From a virus (lineage: Duplodnaviria; Caudoviricetes): a DNA stretch of 64,000 bases. Both the position numbers and the translations under genes were made by a program. This document shows positions 28,505 to 39,126 of the stretch, in pieces; position 1 is the stretch's first letter; each line of letters opens with the position of its first letter. Below the pieces are notes generated by a model. That model did no database searches, was not told the origin of the DNA, and saw only the letters and a program-made list of their open reading frames with translations. The stretch covers positions 1 to 64,000 of IMG/VR virus record IMGVR_UViG_2871745582_000001, one strand, 5' to 3'.

Positions 28505-31146
28505 CTACTTACGGTTCTGTCTGCAGTGGCATAGAAGCCGCCAGCGCCGCCTGGCATCCGCTGGGCTGGGATGCCGCCTGGTTTAGTGAGATCGAAAAGT
28601 TTCCCGCCGCCGTTCTGGCGCACCGCTGGCCTGACGTGGCCAACCTCGGTGATATGACAAAAATCGCCGCGCAGGTTCGCGCTGGCGCCGTAGCAGCTCC
28701 TGACGTTCTGGTTGGAGGTACGCCATGCCAGGCATTCTCTGTAGCCGGCCTGCGCCAGAGCCTGAATGATCCGCGCGGCCAGTTGACCTTATCTTACGTG
28801 GAATTAGCCAATGCAATTGACGACAAGCGAGCCAGTGAAGGCCAGCCACCAGCCACCATCGTGTGGGAAAATGTGCCCGGCTGCCTCAGCACCGAAGATA
28901 ACGCCTTCGGCCATTTCCTCGCCGGACTGGCTGGAGAAGATGAAGCATTCGAACCTGGTCCTCGACCTGAATCAGGAAAAAGCAGCACCTACTGGCGCTG
29001 GAACAAAAAAACCGGTGAGCACGTTTCAAAGTGGCCAAAGTCTGGTTGTGTTATTGGACGACAGCGCAAACTGGCCTGGCGAGTCCTTGATGCCCAACAC
29101 TTCGGAGTGGCCCAACGACGCCGCCGCGTGTTCGTTGTCGCAAGTGCTCGAAACGACCTCGATCCCGCCAAAATACTTTTTGAGTTCGACGGCGTGCGCC
29201 GGAATTCTCCGCCGGGCCGAGAATCGCGGCAGGCAGTTGCCGCCCTTACTGCAAACGGCGTTGGAACGTGTGGCGCAGACGACAACCAGGCTCAAGCAGG
29301 ACATCTGATTGCCGCTTTTGGCGGCGGTAATTGCTCCGGCGCTTTAGACGTAGCCGCCTGCCTTACGGCAAAGGGCCAGCGCATTGATTTTGAGGTTGAG
29401 ACGTTTGCAGTTCAGAGCGCCACAGGGCAAATCTCCCATGCGCTAACCGCTGAAGGTTTCGACGCATCTGAGGACGGTACCGGCCGCGGCACGCCTGTTG
29501 TCGCTTATGGCTCAAACGGGTATGCCAGCTTCGCAGAAGGCGTTGGTCCGCTGCGGGCAAAGGCAGGCGCCGACCACGATAGCCTGGCTGTAATGGCTGT
29601 GCACGGCACACAAGACCCTGACACGCTAACAGAACTGGCTCATACGCTGGGGCGCAATCATGGGCAGGAAAATGCTGTGCTGGCATTTTCTTCAAAAGAT
29701 TACGGAGGGGATGTGTCTGTTAGCGTATCCCCTACTTTACGCGCCGGTGGCCATGCAGATAGCCATGCAAACTCAGGCGCAGCGCCTGCAGTGGTGTATG
29801 CACTTCAGGATACTACCGGACGCGATAAGGCCCAAAATGGTAAAGGCTGGAGCGATGAAGGAACCAGTTACACCATCGATACCGTAGCCACTCAAGGGGT
29901 TGCGCTGTCAGTCGCTCTGCGCGGACGGGAAGGTGGTGCCACTGCTGAGCTTGGCGATGACGTAGCTGGCACGCTGCGCGCCAGTTCAGGTGGCGGCGAC
30001 AAACCTCACGTTATGCAGGAAATGCTGGTGCGGCGCCTCATGCCCGTCGAATGCGAGCGCCTGCAGGGCTTTCCTGACGGGCACACAGATATCCCATGGA
30101 AGAACAAAGAAATCGGCGAGACGCCAGACGGCCCACGCTACAAAGCTATTGGAAATAGTATGGCCGTACCGGTCATGCAATGGATTGGACAACGTATAGG
30201 GAAATACCATGCAGAAACGCAAATCAGTGGAAATCACGCAGGCTATGGCAAAAATATTGATGTTTCAGGTAGCGGCAATAGCGGCGCTGGCGCTGTTCAC
30301 CTCACTCCTGACCAGTCTGTAAGAAATAAGCCGTTCTTTAAGTGGGTAGGCGGCAAATTCAGCGTTATCGAGGATGTATTGCGGCATCTCCCGGCAGGCA
30401 GGCGCCTGATTGAGCCGTTTGCTGGTGGCGGATCCGTATTCCTGAACGCGGGATTCAGCGAGGCGCTGGTTAACGACATCAACCCGGACCTGATCCTGAC
30501 TTACCGCATGCTGAAGGAAGAGGGGCACAGCCTCATCACGCAGACGCATCGCATGTTTCAGGATTACAACACGCCGGAGGGGTTCGTCCATGTTCGCACC
30601 CGCTTCAACAAGCGTGAATACAGCGATTTTGAGCGCGCTGCAGCCTTCATCTACCTTAACCGCCACTGCTTCAACGGGCTGACGCGCTACAACCTGAAAG
30701 GCGAATTCAACGTTGGCTACGGGAAGTACAAAAAGCCTTATTTCCCGCTTGAGGAGATGGAGGGCTTTTTGTCACTTGCCGATCGCCTGACGTTCTCCTG
30801 CAGCAGCTTTGCCGACGTCATAGCAACGGCCGGCGAGGGGGATGTGATTTTCTGCGATCCGCCTTATGAGCCCATGCCCGGCTCTGATGGCTTCACCTCT
30901 TACAGCGGTGGCACATTCCGCTTCGAAAAGCAGGCCGAGCTGGCCGTAAGCCTCAAGGCCGCCTGTCAGCGTGGCGCCAGGGCTGTGATTACCAACAGCA
31001 GCGCGCCGGCCATCATCGAACTATACCGCGGGGAAGGCTTTGAAATCCATCCGCTGTTCGCCCGCCGCTCCGTATCCTGCGCAGGCGACACCCGGGAAAC
31101 GGCTGAAGACATCATCGCTTTGGTAAATTGCTCTAAAAAAGTTTGA
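28501..31146 (+). CDS. dmt: Fused C5-cytosine methyltransferase and Dam adenine methyltransferase
   Basis: CSGIEA, GGTPCQ, ENV, QRRRR and AIGNS motifs; then KWVGGK, EPFAG and DPPY. Confidence 0.93.
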   Translation: MTTYGSVCSGIEAASAAWHPLGWDAAWFSEIEKFPAAVLAHRWPDVANLGDMTKIAAQVRAGAVAAPDVLVGGTPCQAFSVAGLRQSLNDPRGQLTLSYVELANAIDDKRASEGQPPATIVWENVPGCLSTEDNAFGHFLAGLAGEDEAFEPGPRPESGKSSTYWRWNKKTGEHVSKWPKSGCVIGRQRKLAWRVLDAQHFGVAQRRRRVFVVASARNDLDPAKILFEFDGVRRNSPPGRESRQAVAALTANGVGTCGADDNQAQAGHLIAAFGGGNCSGALDVAACLTAKGQRIDFEVETFAVQSATGQISHALTAEGFDASEDGTGRGTPVVAYGSNGYASFAEGVGPLRAKAGADHDSLAVMAVHGTQDPDTLTELAHTLGRNHGQENAVLAFSSKDYGGDVSVSVSPTLRAGGHADSHANSGAAPAVVYALQDTTGRDKAQNGKGWSDEGTSYTIDTVATQGVALSVALRGREGGATAELGDDVAGTLRASSGGGDKPHVMQEMLVRRLMPVECERLQGFPDGHTDIPWKNKEIGETPDGPRYKAIGNSMAVPVMQWIGQRIGKYHAETQISGNHAGYGKNIDVSGSGNSGAGAVHLTPDQSVRNKPFFKWVGGKFSVIEDVLRHLPAGRRLIEPFAGGGSVFLNAGFSEALVNDINPDLILTYRMLKEEGHSLITQTHRMFQDYNTPEGFVHVRTRFNKREYSDFERAAAFIYLNRHCFNGLTRYNLKGEFNVGYGKYKKPYFPLEEMEGFLSLADRLTFSCSSFADVIATAGEGDVIFCDPPYEPMPGSDGFTSYSGGTFRFEKQAELAVSLKAACQRGARAVITNSSAPAIIELYRGEGFEIHPLFARRSVSCAGDTRETAEDIIALVNCSKKV

Positions 31147-31168
31147 TTTTTATTGCTCTAATAAATTA
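31127..31168 (+). promoter_or_regulatory. Tandem C1 operators before the tci-ban operon
   Basis: ATTGCTCTAAAAAAGTT and ATTGCTCTAATAAATTA. Confidence 0.8.
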
Positions 31169-31224
31169 CATTTATTGCCACCTAATCGCCGCCATCAGGG
31201 CGGCTTAATCATGCAGGGGTTTCT

Positions 31225-31647
31225 ATGTTCGGTCTGGGTAAAAAAGCGCGTAAAGCAGTAGTTGAAGTGAAAAAAATGGAAAACCGCGACGCGGTGGAAG
31301 CGACCGTCTGGGGGGCTTACGCCATTTCTTATTCTAATGGCACCTGTGACGCTAAAGAAATTAGCGTGCTGGAAAAAACCACCAGCGCGTTACCGGCGTT
31401 CTCACCCTTTGCCGGCGAGATTGCACAGATGAGCAGCAATATTCGTGCGCGCTACGAAGCGTCGCCGCGCTCTGCCAATGCGGAAGCCTTCCGCCAGCTG
31501 GCGGACGTGGCTGGCACCCCTGATGCAGTAGACGTACTGTGCCTGTGCCTGGACATTGCAGATCAGGACGGCATTGGTGAAGACGAGATGGCTACCCTGA
31601 AGAAAATTGCCCAGGCTCTGCAGCTGCCGCTGGACCAATACCTGTAA
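31225..31647 (+). CDS. tciA: TerB-like protein
   Basis: ENRDAVEA...IADQDGIGEDE motifs. Confidence 0.8.
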   Translation: MFGLGKKARKAVVEVKKMENRDAVEATVWGAYAISYSNGTCDAKEISVLEKTTSALPAFSPFAGEIAQMSSNIRARYEASPRSANAEAFRQLADVAGTPDAVDVLCLCLDIADQDGIGEDEMATLKKIAQALQLPLDQYL

Positions 31648-31796
31648 TGGCGAAGATTCGCCTTATCGCCTGCCTGGCGCTACTGGCGCTGGTGGTGGCG
31701 GTCGATTTCACCAGTCGGGTGATGTCCATTCTCTCTGACGGTTTGCTGGCAGCAATAATCGTATTCATTGCTCTGCCAGTCTTCAAAAAGCAGTAA
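31647..31796 (+). CDS. Small membrane protein, TciB-like (49 aa)
   Basis: MAKIRLIACL...VDFTSRVMSILSDG; overlaps the tciA stop codon. Confidence 0.65.
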   Translation: MAKIRLIACLALLALVVAVDFTSRVMSILSDGLLAAIIVFIALPVFKKQ

Positions 31797-31841
31797 CCAA
31801 AGGGGCCGCCACAGCGGCCTTTTCCAAACGGAGTTTACACA

Positions 31842-32156
31842 GTGAGCGGCAAGAAATTTGACGGCGGCAAGCCGCGCATAAGCCTGGTGCCTTTAAAGCA
31901 GTTCTGGATGGTTATTGACGTGCTGGAGTTTGGCGCACGCAAATATGCAGAAGACAACTGGAAGCGCGTGGCAGGCGCCCGCGTGCGCTACTTCGACGCC
32001 GCGATGCGCCATATTTCGAGCTGGTGGAATGGCGAGAAAACCGATCCGGAAACCGACCTGCCACACCTGGCGCACGCCATTTGCTGCCTGCTGTTCTTAA
32101 TGTGGCTGGATGATAACCCCACCAGCGAAGCTGAAGGCCCGGCAAATGCCGAATGA
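31842..32156 (+). CDS. DUF5664 dATP/dGTP diphosphohydrolase-domain protein
   Basis: KFDGGKPR...GARKY..NW...RH...DPETDLPHLAHA. Confidence 0.85.
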   Translation: MSGKKFDGGKPRISLVPLKQFWMVIDVLEFGARKYAEDNWKRVAGARVRYFDAAMRHISSWWNGEKTDPETDLPHLAHAICCLLFLMWLDDNPTSEAEGPANAE

Positions 32157-33513
32157 AGCTGCTGTAAAGATGCCTCCGCATTCTACTGAGGCGGAGCAAT
32201 CCGTCCTCGGTGGACTCATGCTGGATAACGATCGCTGGGAGCAGGTTTCCGAGCGTGCCAGCGCAGGCGATTTTTTTTCCCGGCCGCACAGGCTGATTTT
32301 CGCCGAAATGCAACGGCTGCTGGATGCAGGCCAGCCGATTGACCTGATCACGCTCTCTGAGTCGCTGGAGCGCCGCGGGGAGCTTGAGCAGGCTGGCGGC
32401 TTTGCCTATCTGGCTGAGCTCGCCAAAAACACCCCCAGCGCTGCCAACATTAACGCTTACGCCGATATTGTGCGCGAGCGCGCCGTTGTGCGCGAGATGA
32501 TCGCCGTTGCCAACCAGATAGCCGATGCCGGGTACAGCCCCCAGGGGCGCAGCAGTGCCGAACTGCTCGACTTTGCCGAATCGCGTGTTTTCCAGATTGC
32601 CGAGAGCCGCGCCAGAAAAAGCGCCGGTCCGATGGGTATAGACGCCATTCTGGATCGCACCGTTACCCGCATTGAGCAGATAGCCTGCCAGCCGCACGAT
32701 GGCGTAACCGGCCTCGATACGGGCTATCACGACCTCAACAAAAAGACGGCCGGTCTGCAGCCATCAGATTTGATCATCGTGGCCGCGCGCCCGTCTATGG
32801 GTAAAACCACATTCGCCATGAACCTGGTGGAAGCGGCGGCCATCAAAGCGGACAAGCCTGCGCTGGTATTCAGCCTTGAAATGCCTGCCGACCAGCTGAT
32901 GATGCGTATGCTTGCCTCTATGGGCAGGGTTGATCAGACCCGCATCCGCACCGGCCAGCTTGACGATGAAGACTGGTCACGGATCTCCGGCGTGATGGGT
33001 GTCTTTCTGGAAAAGAAAAATATCTATATCGACGACGCCAGCGGCCTGACGCCAACCGAACTGCGCAGCCGCGCGCGCCGCGTCTACCGTGAAAACGGCG
33101 GGCTTTCCATGATTATGGTCGATTACCTGCAGCTGATGCGCGTGCCCGAAATGAAAGATAACCGCACGCAGGAAATCGCAGAGATCTCGCGCTCGTTAAA
33201 AGCGCTGGCCAAAGAGCTCAACGTGCCGGTAGTGGCGCTGTCGCAGCTGAACCGCTCGCTCGAAAATCGCTCCGACAAGCGCCCGGTTAATTCAGATTTG
33301 CGCGAATCCGGCTCTATTGAGCAGGACGCCGACCTCATCATGTTTATTTACCGCGATGAGGTTTATCACGAAAACAGCGACCAGAAAGGGATCGCGGAAA
33401 TCATTATCGGCAAGCAGCGTAACGGGCCGATCGGCACCGTTCGCCTTGCATTTAACGGCCAGTGGTCGCGGTTTGATAATTACGCCGGACCACAATATGA
33501 GGAAGGGCACTGA
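32146..33513 (+). CDS. ban: DnaB-analog helicase
   Basis: PPHSTEAEQ, AARPSMGKT, DYLQL and LRESGSIEQDAD motifs. Confidence 0.95.
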   Translation: MPNEAAVKMPPHSTEAEQSVLGGLMLDNDRWEQVSERASAGDFFSRPHRLIFAEMQRLLDAGQPIDLITLSESLERRGELEQAGGFAYLAELAKNTPSAANINAYADIVRERAVVREMIAVANQIADAGYSPQGRSSAELLDFAESRVFQIAESRARKSAGPMGIDAILDRTVTRIEQIACQPHDGVTGLDTGYHDLNKKTAGLQPSDLIIVAARPSMGKTTFAMNLVEAAAIKADKPALVFSLEMPADQLMMRMLASMGRVDQTRIRTGQLDDEDWSRISGVMGVFLEKKNIYIDDASGLTPTELRSRARRVYRENGGLSMIMVDYLQLMRVPEMKDNRTQEIAEISRSLKALAKELNVPVVALSQLNRSLENRSDKRPVNSDLRESGSIEQDADLIMFIYRDEVYHENSDQKGIAEIIIGKQRNGPIGTVRLAFNGQWSRFDNYAGPQYEEGH

Positions 33514-33842
33514 TGAAAAATAAACTGATAAAACGCAACAAAAAATATCTGACCAAACTTCTTACTCTTGCAAACCGGAATGACATGTATCTCAACGATG
33601 CTGCCTTAATCGGGCGCGGCGCGTCGGAAGCCAAGATGCTTGGTCGGCATATGGCCCGCTTTGAAACAAAAGCCGATTTTTCGAAATGCGAGCCTTTTCT
33701 GGGTGGGGGTAAATTTTTCATGGCACCTGTTATCAGCTCTCGCGGTAAAGAATGCGGCTACCAAATGTTTAGCCGTGATGAAATTAAAAGGATTGCCGAA
33801 GGAAGCAATGAAGAAATCAGAGCCATTCTGGAAGGCCTTTAA
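33513..33842 (+). CDS. Hypothetical protein downstream of ban
   Basis: Translationally coupled ORF. Confidence 0.55.
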   Translation: MKNKLIKRNKKYLTKLLTLANRNDMYLNDAALIGRGASEAKMLGRHMARFETKADFSKCEPFLGGGKFFMAPVISSRGKECGYQMFSRDEIKRIAEGSNEEIRAILEGL

Positions 33843-34131
33843 TTAATTTCCGATCCAGTACACCTGTTCGCAAATATAGCAAAACGGTTCGCTTTCAGGC
33901 TGGTGGTTGAGCTTGTTAACAAAGAGTGGCGAGCTCACCAACAAAATTTCAGGGCAATAGAGATGACACAGGTAATTCATGGTTTGACCCGCGAGCAGTT
34001 AGTGGCTCAGGTGTTCAACAAATCATTGGTATGCGGCGCGGTGACAACGATTTTAGTCAAATCTGCTGAGAAGGCCGAGCGTCACTCCCGATCAGAGAAA
34101 TCTGGCATGAACAAAAAGCGGGAGGTGAAAT

Positions 34132-34548
34132 GTGGTTTATAACGACATGACAGATTTTGAGATCAATAAAGCCGTGGCTGAAATTATGTATGGCCCAGTG
34201 GAAGAGCGCGACATCAATGCGTGCTCAGTTCCAGATGTATACCATGATGGTGGTGAGGTTTACTTAGTAAATCCTGACCGGTTGAGCGGAGCGTGGCGGC
34301 AATTTAACCCTTGCAATGCCTGGAGTCAGGCAGGGCCAATTATAGAGAAAAATAAAATCAATATTGAATGGGGCGATAATAAGTCAGCTGCTCTTATTGA
34401 CGTGTCTGGCGCAACCAAAAGGATTGAGATCGGTGGCAAATCTTATCGCATCGTACATGAACATAAGAACTCGTTGCGGGCCGCGATGGTTGTATTTCTG
34501 ATAATGCAAGAAGCTAAAGCCTGGGAGGGTGCGCCCGGTGAACCATAA
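34132..34548 (+). CDS. NinX/DUF2591-family protein
   Basis: DFEINKAVA, FNPCNAWSQAGPII and LRAAMVVFL motifs. Confidence 0.75.
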   Translation: MVYNDMTDFEINKAVAEIMYGPVEERDINACSVPDVYHDGGEVYLVNPDRLSGAWRQFNPCNAWSQAGPIIEKNKINIEWGDNKSAALIDVSGATKRIEIGGKSYRIVHEHKNSLRAAMVVFLIMQEAKAWEGAPGEP

Positions 34549-34894
34549 TACTATGCCAGCACTAACTGAAGAGTGTCACGCAGAACTGGCCGTTGCACTG
34601 AGAGCGTTCATAGCTAACCCGCTAGATTACCCATTATCCCGCAGCCAGATTATGGAAGTTGCTCGACTTGCACTCCCTATACTGGAGCAGCAGGAGAAGG
34701 GTGGCTGGATTGAGTGGAAGGGTGGTGACTGTCCAGTAGGGAATTATGCTGAAGTTGAGTACCGGACGCGGCTTGGCAACAAATGGAAGAATCAGGCTGG
34801 CTGGTTGCGATGGGTTCACGAGGGGCTGGGTGGTGACATCATCGCCTATCGAGTGGTTGAGCAGCAGGAACGCGAGCGAGGAGAGGATGAATGA
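34529..34894 (+). CDS. Hypothetical phage protein
   Basis: WIEWKGGDCPV...DIIAYR motif, common in phages. Confidence 0.6.
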   Translation: MRPVNHNTMPALTEECHAELAVALRAFIANPLDYPLSRSQIMEVARLALPILEQQEKGGWIEWKGGDCPVGNYAEVEYRTRLGNKWKNQAGWLRWVHEGLGGDIIAYRVVEQQERERGEDE

Positions 34895-35115
34895 GGTTCA
34901 AGGTTGGTGATAATAAATGGGCTTCTTATTTTCCTCAAGAAAGGCCGCTGAAAGGCAGAAAGCTAAAAGTATGGGCAGAGCATGGCGGATTTCTTGGCGA
35001 AGGGCTGGCAACTGAACGTCGTGAAACTGGAGGTGGAATATTCGCTGCAGGCAAGAATTTTGATTCCAATTACATTCTGCACTGGATTTATGATGACCAA
35101 CCGGAGGAAGCATGA
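34891..35115 (+). CDS. Hypothetical phage protein
   Basis: RBS and ATGA coupling. Confidence 0.5.
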   Translation: MRFKVGDNKWASYFPQERPLKGRKLKVWAEHGGFLGEGLATERRETGGGIFAAGKNFDSNYILHWIYDDQPEEA

Positions 35116-35420
35116 GCGACAAAGATGAGCTGGAGCGGCATAAATTCGAAAAGTGGATTAAGTCGAAGGGGCATCGAACAGACAGAGATTGCAAAGGTGA
35201 GTATGTCTTCTCCTACGCAGCATCAACATGGGCAGGATGGCTGGCCCGCAGCAAGCAGGATAAAGCATGAACGAATACCCATATTCAGCTTTTACGATCG
35301 GTGATGCCATCGCTTATATGGAAGTCTATGGGGCGCCAACGAGTTGCGATGCGGACTCGCAATATGCGATCCCTATGGGGACGGAAGCAATCTAATCGGC
35401 GACAGCGATTCAAAGCCGGG

Positions 35421-35792
35421 CTACCCGTTGCAGGGTAGCGCATTCAGAATATGCGTCACTACACCAAAGCAAATCGTGCCGTCGCCATCAAAGCAGCTGT
35501 CTTCAGAAATTACCCCTCTGGATGGATTATCCAGCAATTCCAGCCTGATCACGCCCTGCGCCTGCACATACCGGCGAACATGAAACTCCCCGTTTAAATC
35601 GACCACCACAAGCGAGCCATTGACGGGCTTTTTTGCGCTATCCACCACCAGCAGCGCCCCTTTTTTAATACCTTCCCGAATCGAATCGGTTGAATATTTC
35701 ATGAGGTAAACGGAGGGCATCCGTAGCCCACAAAGCCCATCGAGGGAAAGCTGACCTTCAGCATAATCCTGTGCAGGAGAAGGGAATCCCAT
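35421..35792 (-). CDS. humD: UmuD'-like protein
   Basis: MGFPSPAQDY start; S24-like domain; upstream LexA box. Confidence 0.85.
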   Translation of the reverse strand: MGFPSPAQDYAEGQLSLDGLCGLRMPSVYLMKYSTDSIREGIKKGALLVVDSAKKPVNGSLVVVDLNGEFHVRRYVQAQGVIRLELLDNPSRGVISEDSCFDGDGTICFGVVTHILNALPCNG

Positions 35793-35805
35793 AGTGCCAC
35801 CTTTA

Positions 35806-35821
35806 CTGTTTTTTCATACAG
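35806..35821. promoter_or_regulatory. LexA box
   Basis: CTGTTTTTTCATACAG. Confidence 0.8.
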
Positions 35822-35892
35822 TGTACATAAAGACAGTAAAGTTTATAAATTTTATAGGGTGAAATAAAAAAGCCCGCGCGCGGCGGGACGTG

Positions 35893-36501
35893 TTAAAGCT
35901 TATTGATAGCAACCTTCGTAGCCGCCAGCGTCATGGTTCCGGCGGCAGTGAGATCCATATCGCCGCCGGACTTCACCACCATATTCCCTGCTGAGTAGAT
36001 AAACATTTCCCCTTGGCTTATCAGGTAGGGCACGCCGCTGTCATTGATACCCAGCGTGGCACCTGTGTTTTTGCTGGTAACAGACCAGCCGCCATTAGCG
36101 TTTCGCACTTCCATAAAGCCGAACCGGTCATACACGTAATCCTTTTTCGCGGACGTGGTGGCAGCAGCAGGCGCGCCGTCAACGTCTGGCGCAGTGTAGC
36201 CCGTTCCCTTACCGGAAGCCTCAGCGGCCACGTTCGGCGATCCGCTGGTGGCATCCTGTGCAAATCCCACAATGAGCGGGCGGCGGGAATCTCCGCCATA
36301 GGGAAACTCGACCCAGACCAGGTTGCCCGCAACGAACGGGCTGAAAGCGTTTGCGGAAGGCAGAATACATTCTGCCCACGGCAGGCTGGCTGTAGGTACG
36401 CCGTCCATCAGCGCGTTTACACGGACTTGCGTGCGCATCAGCCCCTGCGGATCGTCAACGCTTATCACGGTGGCGCGATGCTTACCCTGTAAGTTAGCCA
36501 C
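35893..36501 (-). CDS. Baseplate spike, gpV/P1 gp5-like
   Basis: DDPQGLMR...WA...VWVEF OB-fold pattern. Confidence 0.8.
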   Translation of the reverse strand: MANLQGKHRATVISVDDPQGLMRTQVRVNALMDGVPTASLPWAECILPSANAFSPFVAGNLVWVEFPYGGDSRRPLIVGFAQDATSGSPNVAAEASGKGTGYTAPDVDGAPAAATTSAKKDYVYDRFGFMEVRNANGGWSVTSKNTGATLGINDSGVPYLISQGEMFIYSAGNMVVKSGGDMDLTAAGTMTLAATKVAINKL

Positions 36502-37513
36502 TGGTCACCTCCCCGAGCAGCGCACGGGACGAATAGCGGAACCGATCTTCCTGGTGCGCCACCTGCATAACAACCATTTTTGCGGGGAGGGTTTCATCCT
36601 GCGATTTATCATCGCCCTCGTTATGCACCAGGACTTTAACCACGGTGCCGGGCGTCAGGGCGCAGTTACCTTCCACCAGCATATCGAATCGCGGCATGAG
36701 GAATTTGTTGTAGTTGGCCAGCGCGGTTTCATCGGCATAGCTGAGGAACTTCACCGGGTAGTCAGTGCTGCCGGAATAGATAATGCCTTTGGACTGATCG
36801 TAAGCGGCCAGGCGGTAATTGTGCTGGCGCTGAAACTGATAGTCAGCGTGCAGGACATTAAACCGGCTGATGGTCAGGCCTGACGACTTGGGATTAGACG
36901 CCTCGTAAGTCAGCGTAGCGCTGGCGCTGGCCAGCTTATCCATACTGCGAAAATTGATGTTGCCGCGCGAGGACCAGCACATTGACCCCGTATTGCGGCC
37001 CAGCTCCTGAAGCAGTTGTGTTGCTTTCTCGCCGACGTTCAGGTGATAGGTGCCCGTTTTCTTGAAAGAGTCCGCATTGACCGTCAGGGACGGTGCCAGC
37101 GCCGCGAGAATGGCCGAGGGCTGCTTATCAACAAAGTATTGCGCGCTGGTGGTCGGCGTTTTCAGCAGGCGAACCGGATTACTGAACGCCAGTATTGTGA
37201 CCTTATCGCCGCTGCGGGGCGCTTTCAGCACGAAAAAGGTTTCAGTAAACAGCAGACCGCCGTTACCGTCCGGATCGCCCAGTGACACGGTAAGCAGCGT
37301 GCCATAGGACACGCCCAGCTTGTCGGTAATGTAGTTTGAGCGGTCAAGAGCCACCAGCCTCAGCTGCGGGCCTGTCATGGTGCCATGCTCAATGTAGGTG
37401 CACCCGACAAACATATGCCGGGGAATCTCTGTCGTGCCTACCTTTACCGTTTGCAGAAGCAGCTGCGTGCGGGAATTGCTGGTGGAGGAAGATGACGTTA
37501 CCGAGGTGGCCAT
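36494..37513 (-). CDS. Baseplate hub, P1 gp6-like
   Basis: Synteny; LGDPDG motif. Confidence 0.7.
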   Translation of the reverse strand: MATSVTSSSSTSNSRTQLLLQTVKVGTTEIPRHMFVGCTYIEHGTMTGPQLRLVALDRSNYITDKLGVSYGTLLTVSLGDPDGNGGLLFTETFFVLKAPRSGDKVTILAFSNPVRLLKTPTTSAQYFVDKQPSAILAALAPSLTVNADSFKKTGTYHLNVGEKATQLLQELGRNTGSMCWSSRGNINFRSMDKLASASATLTYEASNPKSSGLTISRFNVLHADYQFQRQHNYRLAAYDQSKGIIYSGSTDYPVKFLSYADETALANYNKFLMPRFDMLVEGNCALTPGTVVKVLVHNEGDDKSQDETLPAKMVVMQVAHQEDRFRYSSRALLGEVTSG

Positions 37514-37514
37514 A

Positions 37515-38330
37515 TTATCTTACTCCCCGCCAGCCACAATCGCTGGCCACAGACGAGCCGACCTCAATGCGGCCGGTCACCTCTTTGACATAGGAGGCGA
37601 TCGGCATATCCGCGATGACGGTTAAGTCCAGGCCGGCGGCGAAAATACGGTTTTCCTGCGTGCCGGCCGTCAGATCGGAAAAAGCGATCGACTTTTGCGC
37701 TTCCAGCACACAGTGAATGCCGATCTCCGTCTTGCCAAGGCGGGTTTCAGTCATAAAGGATGCTTTCCCATGGCTGGCATACAGGCGCAGCCAGAAGGCC
37801 AGCGCCATGCACACCATACCGAGCGACTGCTTTTCTTCACTCACTACCCACAGGCTGTAGCTGAGCGATACAGGCATGGTAGAGACCACGGCAATAGCTT
37901 TGCTGTCCTCGATGAGCTCGCCGGCGTCGTAATCGTCTTTGCTGATATCACCGTCATACACGGCAAAGGCGGGAGATCGTGAAAGATTCACTATAGGGAG
38001 CGCCAGCTTGTTCACCGCCTGCTTTCTGGCCGCCTGAGTATCTTTCCGGCCCGCCCGGGAATCCTCAAAAGAGGCGAGAAAGGCGTTAACGTCAGGGAAA
38101 GATCCGAGGGTTATCCGGTCGCGCGCCGTGCGCGTCAAAAACTCGCTGAACGATTTGTTATAGCGGGAAGGCTCGCTGACGATCAGCGGATCGAAAGCCT
38201 GATTAAGGGCTTTGGCAAAGGCGCTGTCTATGTCATCCAGCGGCGTAAATTCCTGTACGCCAGACGGGATAAGCGATCGCTTCCGGAAGGATGCGAGAAG
38301 CCACTCATGCTGATTATTCAGACTCGCCAT
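37515..38330 (-). CDS. P1 gp24-like tail terminator
   Basis: [10 protein letters not shown] motif, synteny. Confidence 0.7.
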   Translation of the reverse strand: MASLNNQHEWLLASFRKRSLIPSGVQEFTPLDDIDSAFAKALNQAFDPLIVSEPSRYNKSFSEFLTRTARDRITLGSFPDVNAFLASFEDSRAGRKDTQAARKQAVNKLALPIVNLSRSPAFAVYDGDISKDDYDAGELIEDSKAIAVVSTMPVSLSYSLWVVSEEKQSLGMVCMALAFWLRLYASHGKASFMTETRLGKTEIGIHCVLEAQKSIAFSDLTAGTQENRIFAAGLDLTVIADMPIASYVKEVTGRIEVGSSVASDCGWRGVR

Positions 38331-39117
38331 CAAAAATCCCTTCGAATGAGCGACACGGCACGCAGTAGAACAGGCTGCCCACTTTGGCGGTGCCATAGTT
38401 AAAAATGCGGTGGATATACCAGAAGCGGCGCGCATGGGTGCCGTCCGACAGCTCCTCAAGCCATTCCAGAATAGAGCCGACTGGAATGTTCTGGGCCGCC
38501 AGGCGGAGGATCAGCGCGGCGTCACTGTATCCAGAGTTATCGGAGCTGTCGTACAGCGACCGAAAGGAGTCCATTTCGTCCGGGCAATCCAGCGCCGTGA
38601 TGAGCTCTGCAGGCGCGTAGTCATAAACCTGCTGGTTGGGCTCAATAACTTCAGACTCGCCCACCTGATGCCCCGTATCGCCCTCATCGCGCTTATGAGG
38701 TGACGCCCGGTACAGAACCGCGTCAAAAGCATCAGGGCTTAGCTTGATTGCTTTGAGCCAGTCCAGCCGCACAAGGTTATTAAAAGCTGCATGACCTTCA
38801 TAACGAGCGCGCAGATGAGTGTCACCAGGCAGGCTCCTATCCAGACTGGGGAGGTTACCGTTCGCCACAGGATCACAAGGATTACCAATGTGCAGACCAT
38901 CGCTTTCGACTTCAGCATCGCTATCTTCCTCTTGCGTATCGTCCACCAGCAGATCGGGGTTATTTTCCCCGTCGTCTTCATGAGACGAATCGGGCTCTGT
39001 TACCTCTTCTTCGCTGGTGGAATCATATTCCGTATCGTTAAAAGCCGGACGGATTGTATCCTCTGTGCTTTGTTCGCTGGCGTCGTCGTCGAACATGTCA
39101 CTGTAAAAATTGCTCAT
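38314..39117 (-). CDS. P1 gp7-like tail stability protein
   Basis: Acidic N-terminus; [10 protein letters not shown]; synteny. Confidence 0.7.
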   Translation of the reverse strand: MSNFYSDMFDDDASEQSTEDTIRPAFNDTEYDSTSEEEVTEPDSSHEDDGENNPDLLVDDTQEEDSDAEVESDGLHIGNPCDPVANGNLPSLDRSLPGDTHLRARYEGHAAFNNLVRLDWLKAIKLSPDAFDAVLYRASPHKRDEGDTGHQVGESEVIEPNQQVYDYAPAELITALDCPDEMDSFRSLYDSSDNSGYSDAALILRLAAQNIPVGSILEWLEELSDGTHARRFWYIHRIFNYGTAKVGSLFYCVPCRSFEGIFDGESE

Positions 39118-39126
39118 GCGGTTTCC

